Positions 7,713-14,507 of a DNA stretch of 62,730 bases are shown one piece after another. The stretch lies in NCBI GenBank assembly GCA_021824045.1, contig JAKALR010000001.1, positions 1 through 62,730 of the forward strand, given 5' to 3'. The position numbers and the translations under genes are program-made. Under the pieces are notes generated by a model. That model was not told the DNA's origin, made no database searches, and saw only the letters and a program-made list of their open reading frames with translations. Within the stretch, counting starts at the first letter, position 1, and each line of letters starts with the position of its first letter. Source of the DNA: a bacterium. GTDB taxonomy: Bacteria; Patescibacteriota; Minisyncoccia; UBA6257; GWB1-50-10.

Positions 7713-9712
7713 TTTACTTTTTTCGAAAGTATCCTGATCTCGTCCCGAAGGATCGCCGCAAGCTCGAAATCGAGCCGTTCCGCCGCTTCTTTCATTTCTT
7801 TTTCTTTCTGCTTGAGGAGCTTCTCGAGCACCGTCTTCGATTTCGGAAGCGGCTTCGTTTCGAGGTTCAGGATATCCTCCGCGGGGAGAATGTCCTTGAT
7901 TTCTTTCACGATCGTCTTCGGCGTGATATTGTGTTTTTTATTGTACGCGACCTGGATTTTCCTCCTCCGGTCGGTTTCTTTCACCGCCCGCTCGATGGAG
8001 CCGGTGATATGGTCCGCGTAGAGGAGCACTTCGCCTTCGACGTTCCTCGCCGCCCGGCCGATGGTCTGGATGAGCGATGTTTCGCTTCGCAGGAACCCCT
8101 CCTTGTCGGCGTCCAAAATGGCGACAAGCGACACTTCCGGCAGATCAAGTCCTTCCCGAAGGAGGTTCACGCCGACCAAAACGTCGATCTCCCCTTTCCG
8201 AAGTTTCGTGAGAATCCGGATCCGGTCCAAGGTATCCACGTCGCTGTGCAAATAAGCAACTTGTAGCTTATAACTTGTACCTTGGAGCCCAAGACGTTTT
8301 CCTGAATCTTCGAGGTTGCCGAGGTATTCCGAAAGATCTTCCGCCATGCGTTTGGTAAGAGTGGTTACCAAAACCCGTTCGTTGCGGGCTACACGTTGCA
8401 CGATTCGAGGTACAAGATCTTGTATTTGGCCTTTCACGGGACGGATCGTAATTTTCGGATCGACAAGGCCGGTCGGCCGGATAATCTGCTCGACGACCTG
8501 CGAGCTTTTCTCCTTTTCGTAGGCGCCGGGCGTGGCTGACATGAAGATGGATTGATGGATCTTCTTTTTGAATTCTTCGAATCGCAAGGGTCGGTTGTCC
8601 GCTGCGGAGGGCAGTCGGAAACCGTACTCGATAAGCGTCTTTTTGCGCGAGGCGTCGCCGTGATACATGCCCTCAAGCTGCGGGATTGTCACGTGCGATT
8701 CGTCGATGACGGTCAAAAAATCATCCGGGAAATAATCCAAGAGCGTATCCGGCGGATCCCCCGCTTTCCTCCCGGAGAGCGCCCGGGAATAGTTTTCGAT
8801 GCCGTTGCAGTAGCCGACCTCGCGGATCATGGCCATGTCGGCCTTGGTTCTCCTTTCCAATCTTTCCGCTTCCAGCGGTTTTCGTTCTTTTTCGAATTTC
8901 TTGAGCTGTTTTTTGAGTTCTTCCCCGATCTCTTTCAAGGCCCGCTCCCGGTCCGGCGCTGCGGTGATGAAATGTTTCGCCGGAGCGATGTAGACCTCGT
9001 TCACGGTTTTCGTTTCCCCCGGCCTGAAGCCCTCCACGGGATTGATTTCATATATCTTTTGGATGATGCCGTTCTTGAGTTCGAGGTTGTAAATGTTTTC
9101 GATGCCCGGCGGCATGATTTCCCAGTTATCTCCGCGAACCCGGAACGTGCCCCGCGTAAGATCGGCGGTGGTCCTCGAGAATTGGAGGTTCACCAACTTT
9201 TTGATAAGCTCGTGCCGCTCCAGTTTCGTCCCCGGCTCAAGCTTGATGATATTCTCGGCGTATACCTCGGGAGCGCCGAGGCCGTAAATGCAGGAGACGG
9301 ATGCGACCACGATGACGTCCTTCCGCGTGAGAAGGGCCGCCGTCGCGGCGTGACGGAGCTTGTCGATCTCGTCGTTGATCATTGCTTCCTTGCCGATGTA
9401 GGTGTCCGACGTCGGGATGTACGCTTCGGGCTGGTAGTAGTCGTAGTACGAGACGAAATAATTCACGGAGTTATGCGGGAAAAGATCCCTGAGCTCGTTC
9501 GTGAGCTGGGCCGCCAGCGTCTTGTTGTGGGCGATGACCAAGGTCGGTTTCTGGACGCGCAGGATGACGTTCGCGATGGTGAACGTTTTGCCGCTGCCCG
9601 TAACACCCAAAAGCGTCTGGTTTTCGTAACCCCTTTCAAGGCCCTTTGTGAGTTTATCTATAGCCTGCGGCTGATCCCCGGCAGGTTTGTTTTTCGAAAT
9701 AATCTCGAACAT
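7709..9712 (-). CDS. uvrB: excinuclease ABC subunit B
   Basis: GVTGSGKTF Walker A, VIDESHVT helicase motif II, C-terminal UVR motif (AAERLDFELAAILRDEI). Confidence 0.95.
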   Translation of the reverse strand: MFEIISKNKPAGDQPQAIDKLTKGLERGYENQTLLGVTGSGKTFTIANVILRVQKPTLVIAHNKTLAAQLTNELRDLFPHNSVNYFVSYYDYYQPEAYIPTSDTYIGKEAMINDEIDKLRHAATAALLTRKDVIVVASVSCIYGLGAPEVYAENIIKLEPGTKLERHELIKKLVNLQFSRTTADLTRGTFRVRGDNWEIMPPGIENIYNLELKNGIIQKIYEINPVEGFRPGETKTVNEVYIAPAKHFITAAPDRERALKEIGEELKKQLKKFEKERKPLEAERLERRTKADMAMIREVGYCNGIENYSRALSGRKAGDPPDTLLDYFPDDFLTVIDESHVTIPQLEGMYHGDASRKKTLIEYGFRLPSAADNRPLRFEEFKKKIHQSIFMSATPGAYEKEKSSQVVEQIIRPTGLVDPKITIRPVKGQIQDLVPRIVQRVARNERVLVTTLTKRMAEDLSEYLGNLEDSGKRLGLQGTSYKLQVAYLHSDVDTLDRIRILTKLRKGEIDVLVGVNLLREGLDLPEVSLVAILDADKEGFLRSETSLIQTIGRAARNVEGEVLLYADHITGSIERAVKETDRRRKIQVAYNKKHNITPKTIVKEIKDILPAEDILNLETKPLPKSKTVLEKLLKQKEKEMKEAAERLDFELAAILRDEIRILSKKVK

Positions 9713-9736
9713 ACGTTATTTATATATTAAACGAGG

Positions 9737-9881
9737 AAAATGGGAAATGCCCGTGCGGCAGCTCCCGGAGGCGAAAAAGCTCGGTTCCGCCGAAGACGGA
9801 TTTTTCGCCGAGGGATAGCAGTGGCGGCTCCGCTCGCTGGAAGCGGAGAACGCCCGATGCCGGCAGGGCATTTCCCATTTT
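9737..9881 (-). promoter_or_regulatory. conserved multi-stem intergenic element, copy 2 (candidate structured leader RNA of uvrB)
   Basis: Closing stem AAAATGGGAAATGCCC/GGGCATTTCCCATTTT. Inner stems are GGCGAAAAA/TTTTTCGCC and CTCCGCT-CGCTGGA-AGCGGAG. Homologous to 3457-3600. Confidence 0.6.
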
Positions 9882-9890
9882 TCGAGTTGG

Positions 9891-10445
9891 TTATTCGAAG
9901 ATGAGAACGGCGGCGGCAACGACGGTTGTCCAGATGCCGTCCTTGTGCCCCTCCGCCGATTGCGTGATGTTCGTCGTCTTGAAGATTTTGCCGGATGACT
10001 TATAGACCTGTTCCCGCTCGTCCCAGGCGGCATTCGAATCGAATTCAAGGCCGAGGGTCGATGCGAGCATGGTTGCCGCGAGATCCTCGGCATACTCCCC
10101 CGCCTTTTCTTCCGTTTCGCCGAACGAGTGGTGTTCCGAAAGATAGCCGTATTGATTCGGATCGGAAGGTTGCGCGAGACCGATAGACGACACAGTCAGG
10201 CGGTTCGGTTCATTCGTGGCGTTCCGGGCCATGACGCAAAACACGACTTGGCCGGGATTCAGCAGTTTCTTGCCTTCGTCGCGCGGCACGCGCTTGCAGT
10301 TCGGCGGGAAGATTGAACTCACCATCACGAGATTGTATTCGGCGATCCCGGCGTCCCGGAGCGCCATCTCGAACGACTGCAAATATTCTTTGTGGCGGCC
10401 GACGCCCTTCGTGAAGAACATCCGCTTGGGTACCAAATTATCCAT
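9891..10445 (-). CDS. pdaD: pyruvoyl-dependent arginine decarboxylase
   Basis: Family-typical N-terminus with [11 protein letters not shown], matching the PvlArgDC/AaxB self-cleavage serine region. Confidence 0.8.
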   Translation of the reverse strand: MDNLVPKRMFFTKGVGRHKEYLQSFEMALRDAGIAEYNLVMVSSIFPPNCKRVPRDEGKKLLNPGQVVFCVMARNATNEPNRLTVSSIGLAQPSDPNQYGYLSEHHSFGETEEKAGEYAEDLAATMLASTLGLEFDSNAAWDEREQVYKSSGKIFKTTNITQSAEGHKDGIWTTVVAAAVLIFE

Positions 10446-10983
10446 GGAAGATAGTATAGAGTTTTTCGTTCTTAAAGGGAATAAGGGCGATCACGACCGC
10501 CTCGGTGTAAGATTTCGTCCGGTCGATGACATTCCCCGTGAGGATCCCGATTGCGCCGTTTTCTTGCTTCGAGTTCGTCCGATGGAAGACGATGTCGTCC
10601 GCTTCGCCGAGTTCCCTCCCTTCCTTGATGAGTTCGGCGATCCGCGGGGGCAGGAAAAAAGTTCCCGTTCTCCCCTTGCCGAAACCGTCCCCTTTCGACT
10701 TCACGACGATCCACGCTAATGCTTCCATTTCGGAATCCTTTTCTTCAACGCCGCCCTCAATGCCGACGAAGAAATCCGCGTCGGGTCGCTCCTTGGATGC
10801 GTTCTCTGCCCGGTTCTTCGCGCCGAGGAAGGTATCCGCATCAGTCATCGGCTGATCCGAAACGCCCGAAGGGACGGAAATACCTTCGATTGTGAACTCC
10901 TCGTTCGGAAACATTTTCCGGAAGCCGTCGAGTGTGGCTTTCATTTTCACCGGATTTTTCGATGCAATGACGATTTTTTTCAT
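10438..10983 (-). CDS. inosine/xanthosine triphosphatase (YjjX family NTPase)
   Basis: [35 protein letters not shown] resembles YjjX end to end. Confidence 0.75.
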   Translation of the reverse strand: MKKIVIASKNPVKMKATLDGFRKMFPNEEFTIEGISVPSGVSDQPMTDADTFLGAKNRAENASKERPDADFFVGIEGGVEEKDSEMEALAWIVVKSKGDGFGKGRTGTFFLPPRIAELIKEGRELGEADDIVFHRTNSKQENGAIGILTGNVIDRTKSYTEAVVIALIPFKNEKLYTIFHG

Positions 10984-10989
10984 ATGGTT

Positions 10990-11421
10990 TCAAAGATTTT
11001 CATCTGAATGTTTTATTTTAATCCATTTTAGCCCCGACCAGCGTGTTATTTCATCATGGCAAGGGACTTTTGCTGATGGCATGTTGGAAAGTATAATTTC
11101 AATCTTTTTCTTATAAAGTATTTTTTGTATTACAGCAAACCCTATTTCGGCGAATGTTTCGGGCCCTATATAACCCGCTCTATTATTTTTTCTTTCATTC
11201 GCAACGAACAGTACGTCCGCTTTCAGCAGATCTATGAAAAACTTTTTGTGTACGCTAGGGTAAGTTTTCTTAAAAACCTTTTGGGGGATACTGCGAGGAT
11301 AGTTTAGTACGACGTAGTTCTTTTTTTCCCAGTATCTCATCCACTCCTTTATCTCTTCCTGGAGTTTTGCGCTTCCCGCTATGACAACCATCTTCATTGT
11401 TAAACCGTCTTTAGCAGCCAT
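10990..11421 (-). CDS. hypothetical protein, possibly nucleoside 2-deoxyribosyltransferase-like
   Basis: MKMVVIAGS..ADVLFVAN..GYIGPETFAEIGFA pattern. Visibly AT-richer than its neighbours. Start could be 11421 or 11397. Confidence 0.5.
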   Translation of the reverse strand: MAAKDGLTMKMVVIAGSAKLQEEIKEWMRYWEKKNYVVLNYPRSIPQKVFKKTYPSVHKKFFIDLLKADVLFVANERKNNRAGYIGPETFAEIGFAVIQKILYKKKIEIILSNMPSAKVPCHDEITRWSGLKWIKIKHSDENL

Positions 11422-11488
11422 CGAGGTTATTATGCAACAAAAATGCCTATTCGGGAAAGCAAATACGCGGGGTATTTGCTACTCTCTT

Positions 11489-11512
11489 CGCGCTTCGATT
11501 AATCGAAGCGCG
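11489..11512. repeat. perfect 24-bp palindrome CGCGCTTCGATTAATCGAAGCGCG
   Basis: Centred on the stop codon of the TrpR-like gene. Shares the core GCTTCGATTAATCGAAGC with 11920-11943. Confidence 0.85.
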
Positions 11513-11873
11513 GATTATATGAACAGGAACGGGTAACAGAGAAAATCCGCGAATGACTTTTTTGCTGTTTCTTATTGTTGCTGTATTTTCGGTGAATTCT
11601 CGGTTTTTTCGTAAGGCCGTGCTTCATGAAGCTGATTGTTTCCTGGCTCACGTCGATTCGTCGGCCTATTTCCCGGTAGCTCAATTTTTGTTCGAGGAGT
11701 ATCGGTATTGCGAGACGTTTTTCGAGCATAGTCATTTCACTAGAGGTGAAGAACGCCTGCAGGGTGTTGACGAGTTCCTCGCCGCTCTTGGACTCCTTCA
11801 TGGTATTTCGAAAACGATTCCAGGCTTTCAAGCGCAGATCTTTTGCTAGATATTTTTTACTGACATGTGTCAT
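11499..11873 (-). CDS. TrpR-like YerC/YecD family DNA-binding protein
   Basis: SEMTMLEKRLAIPILLEQKLSYREIGRRIDVSQETIS; paralog of 22406-22696. The track ORF extends into tRNA sequence, so it was trimmed to ATG 11873. Confidence 0.7.
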   Translation of the reverse strand: MTHVSKKYLAKDLRLKAWNRFRNTMKESKSGEELVNTLQAFFTSSEMTMLEKRLAIPILLEQKLSYREIGRRIDVSQETISFMKHGLTKKPRIHRKYSNNKKQQKSHSRIFSVTRSCSYNPRFD

Positions 11874-11900
11874 GGCTCTTGGTAATGCGTCATAGCTCTT

Positions 11901-11917
11901 GGTATTGATAGTATACC
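11901..11917. promoter_or_regulatory. GGTAT..ATACC operator-like inverted repeat overlapping a TATACT -10
   Basis: Minus-sense GGTATACTATCAATACC. Compare GGTATACTATAGTATACC at 22378-22395, upstream of the paralog. Confidence 0.45.
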
Positions 11918-11919
11918 AC

Positions 11920-11943
11920 GCCGCTTCGATTAATCGAAGCGGC
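11920..11943. repeat. perfect 24-bp palindrome GCCGCTTCGATTAATCGAAGCGGC
   Basis: Lies ~50 nt upstream of the TrpR-like start. Same 18-bp core as 11489-11512. Confidence 0.85.
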
Positions 11944-12016
11944 CTCGGATGGATCAAGAAAAAAGAAGAAAGGATTTTCCCGACCCCCCTTTCTATTCCC
12001 GCATCCCCTCCATCAG

Positions 12017-12056
12017 AACGAAAAAGGCCCGACATAAAAGCCGAACCTTTTTCGTT
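12017..12056 (-). terminator. terminator-like hairpin after the tRNA-Gly locus
   Basis: AACGAAAAAGG..CCTTTTTCGTT, an 11-bp stem with T-rich arms. Confidence 0.5.
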
Positions 12057-12059
12057 TTG

Positions 12060-12105
12060 TGCGGAATACGGGAATCGAACCCGTGTCTCAACCTTGCCCC
12101 ACACC
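12060..12105 (-). pseudogene. orphan tRNA 3' half (from anticodon position 36) preceded by GGTGTGGGG
   Basis: Minus-sense GGTGTGGGG-CAAGGTTGAGACACGGGTTCGATTCCCGTATTCCGCA: anticodon-loop 3' side, T-arm and acceptor 3' strand, with no 5' half nearby. Confidence 0.7.
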
Positions 12106-12133
12106 AATCAAGGATTGAAAACTCTTATTCTTG

Positions 12134-12204
12134 TGCGGGTAAGGAGAATCGAACTCCTGTCTCAACCTTGGGAAGGTCGCATTCTACCACTAAACCATAC
12201 CCGC
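12134..12204 (-). tRNA. tRNA-Gly(CCC)
   Basis: Manual fold: GCGGGTA/TACCCGC acceptor, anticodon arm CGACC-TTCCCAA-GGTTG, T-arm AGGAG-TTCGATT-CTCCT. Confidence 0.9.
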
Positions 12205-12212
12205 ATTATTTT

Positions 12213-12512
12213 TTAGGGCGTGCTGGTCGTCGAGGTGACCGTGCCGGTCGTCCCCGGTACCACGATTATAAGCCCTTCTCCCGGATTTTTGTAGTTGGTC
12301 TGGGCTTTCAGCTGCTTGATCAGGTTCGCCGGATCTTGGAAGTATTGGATTTCCGAAGACAAGTTCCGGTTTTCCTGCTGGAGTTGATTATAGTCGACCT
12401 GCAACGCCTGAGCTTGGCTTTCAGCGGCGTTTTTAGAACTATACAGGCTTATGAATCCCCATCCGATGACGGCGACCACCGCCATGAACACGATTGTCTT
12501 CCAGTACTTCAT
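12213..12512 (-). CDS. FtsB/DivIC-like septum formation initiator
   Basis: N-terminal TM helix followed by a coiled coil (QALQVDYNQLQQENRNLSSEIQYF). Confidence 0.6.
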   Translation of the reverse strand: MKYWKTIVFMAVVAVIGWGFISLYSSKNAAESQAQALQVDYNQLQQENRNLSSEIQYFQDPANLIKQLKAQTNYKNPGEGLIIVVPGTTGTVTSTTSTP

Positions 12513-12619
12513 CCCGTTAGAAACAAAACGCCTTTTTCATAAGCGGTTGCCTATGATGCGCGGTTAATTCGACTTGGTAAGTGATCATCTTTTTCATAAG
12601 TTTATGGTTTCTCACGGGA
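12513..12619. mobile_element. MITE-like element family 1, copy 1 (107 nt) inserted at a start codon
   Basis: Ends CCCGTTAGAAAC..GTTTCTCACGGG, internal direct repeat TTTTTCATAAG x2, flanked by TTCAT (12508-12512) and TTCAT (12620-12624). Confidence 0.8.
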
Positions 12620-12696
12620 TTCATTACCTCCTATTCTACACCCTCTCAGCCGCTGGATGAAAGAGTGGAGACGAAGGAGCGGAGGATTCTGCGGTT

Positions 12697-14505
12697 CTAT
12701 TTCTTGATGAGCTCCTTGAAAATCTCCGGCGCGATCCGTACCTTCCCCATCGCTTTCAGTTTCTCCTTCCCCTTCTTCTGTTTCTGCCACAGCTTTATCT
12801 TCCTCGTTCGGTCCCCGCCGTTCTTGCCGAAGTTTCCGAGTTCTTTCCGCATGGCCGGGATGTCCTCCCGCGCGATGACCTTGCCGTTTATCTTTGCCTG
12901 GATCGCCTGGGAGAACTGCTGCCGCGGCAGAGTTTCTTTCAGTTTCTGAACCATTTTTCTGGCTTCCCGTTCGACGGTTTCCCGGGGGAAGAAGCGGGAA
13001 AGTCCCGGGATGATCTCGTTGGCCACGAAACTGTCGACCCGCACGATGTCGGCTTTTTCGTAATCCATGAATTCGTAGCTGAACGAAGCGTAACCGGACG
13101 TCGTCGATTTCAGCTGGTCGTCGAAATCGCTGATAAGTTCGGCGAGCGGCATTTCGGCTTCCACCTCCACAGACGCGCCGGCCGTTTTGGTCGTCATATT
13201 TCTCACGCGGAAAATGTTTTGGAGCGAGATGACGTTCGACAGATATCTCGAGGGGACGAGGATGTGTATGCCGACAATCGGTTCCCAAATCTCCTCGGTC
13301 CCTTCGGGGAGTTCTTCCGGTTTCGTGATGAATCCCCACTTCCCCTTGTTTTTTATTTTATAAATCACCGACGGGAACGTGCTGACCACCCTCACGTTGA
13401 ATTCCCGCTCCAGCCGTTCGGCCGTTATCTCGAAATGCAGTTTCCCGAGGAATCCCACTTTGTATCCCCTGCCCAGGATCTCGTTCTGATCCGGTTCTAT
13501 TTTCAACGACGAGTCGTTCAGGTGAAGTTTCTCCAGCCCCTTTTTCAAATTATCGTAGTCATTGGCATCTTCGGGATAGAACGACACGAAGACGACCGGG
13601 TTCGGTTCCTGGTAGCCGGGGAGAACAAAAGTTTCGGGGTCTCGGGTGTAGGGTCTCGTGATGAGGAGGATGGTGTCGCCGATCTTGACGCGGCTCGTGT
13701 CCTTGATGCCGGTCGCGATGTATCCGGTGTCGCCGGCATGTATCGCGGGGGCTTCTTTGAGCTGCGGCGTGAAATATCCCACTTCTTTCACCCGGGCGGA
13801 AAAGTTCCTTTGGACCAGGTGGATCTCTTCTTCCCGTTTGAAACTCCCCTCGAAGACTCTCACCGACGCGACGACGCCCTTGTGGTCGTCGTAAAAAGAA
13901 TCAAAGATGAGCGCCCGGGGAACGCCCTTGATCTCCAGTTTCGGGGGCGGTATTTTTTTGACCGCGTCTTCCAGAAGCTCCTTCACTCCCTCCCCCGTTT
14001 TGGCGGATATGAGGTGCACTTCTTCCTTGTCGCATCCGATGAGATCGCCGACCTCCTCCCTCAGTTCCGCGAGTACCGGGTCGTTCTTATCCTTGAAGAT
14101 GTCTATCTTGTTGATGGCACCGATTAAGGTGAGGCCGGCGTTCTTGGCCGACCTGAAGTTGGAGAGCGTCTGGGCTTGGATGCCCTGCGTGGCGTCGACG
14201 AGGAGGATGCCTCCTTCGACGGCCTGGAGCGCTCGTGAAACCTCGTACGAGAAATCGGAGTGTCCCGGCGTGTCGATTAAATTGAGGGTATAGGAAATAG
14301 GGCCTAGGGTATAGGACATTCGGACGGGAGCCATTTTGATGGTGATTCCCCGTTCCCGTTCCAGTTCGAGCTGATCAAGGTATTGGGCGTGCATATGCCG
14401 CGAATCGACTGTTCCGGTAACTTCGAGAAAGCGGTCCGCGAGTGTGCTCTTCCCGTGGTCGATGTGTGCAATGATACAAAAGTTGCGGATATTTTCTTGG
14501 TTCAT
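12697..14505 (-). CDS. lepA: elongation factor 4 (LepA)
   Basis: IIAHIDHGKSTLADR, DTPGHSDF, NKID, with a full-length LepA C-terminal domain. Confidence 0.95.
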   Translation of the reverse strand: MNQENIRNFCIIAHIDHGKSTLADRFLEVTGTVDSRHMHAQYLDQLELERERGITIKMAPVRMSYTLGPISYTLNLIDTPGHSDFSYEVSRALQAVEGGILLVDATQGIQAQTLSNFRSAKNAGLTLIGAINKIDIFKDKNDPVLAELREEVGDLIGCDKEEVHLISAKTGEGVKELLEDAVKKIPPPKLEIKGVPRALIFDSFYDDHKGVVASVRVFEGSFKREEEIHLVQRNFSARVKEVGYFTPQLKEAPAIHAGDTGYIATGIKDTSRVKIGDTILLITRPYTRDPETFVLPGYQEPNPVVFVSFYPEDANDYDNLKKGLEKLHLNDSSLKIEPDQNEILGRGYKVGFLGKLHFEITAERLEREFNVRVVSTFPSVIYKIKNKGKWGFITKPEELPEGTEEIWEPIVGIHILVPSRYLSNVISLQNIFRVRNMTTKTAGASVEVEAEMPLAELISDFDDQLKSTTSGYASFSYEFMDYEKADIVRVDSFVANEIIPGLSRFFPRETVEREARKMVQKLKETLPRQQFSQAIQAKINGKVIAREDIPAMRKELGNFGKNGGDRTRKIKLWQKQKKGKEKLKAMGKVRIAPEIFKELIKK

Positions 14506-14507
14506 GG

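Noticed and set aside
8552-9730. 392-aa plus-strand ORF. Similar cases are 40321-41265, 43226-44284, 31760-32752 and 16852-17733.
   Set aside because: All lie antisense within strongly supported genes (uvrB, gyrB, ABC exporter, murF, GT4). They have low-complexity Arg/Asp/Glu/Val-rich translations and show no family signatures.
11874-12107. N-terminal extensions of track ORFs that run through tRNA sequence. The others are 38979-39038, 60880-60945 and the whole ORF at 60848-61060.
   Set aside because: Translations such as MVERFVHIEEVTGSIPVL and MVEHLICNEEVSGSNPLRST are the usual artefact of reading tRNA T-arms. The CDS starts were moved to internal ATGs and the 60848-61060 ORF was dropped.
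12602-13339. 245-aa minus-strand ORF overlapping lepA out of frame
   Set aside because: It is entirely inside or overlapping the conserved LepA reading frame, with an Arg/Gly/Pro-rich translation. It is an alternative-frame artefact.
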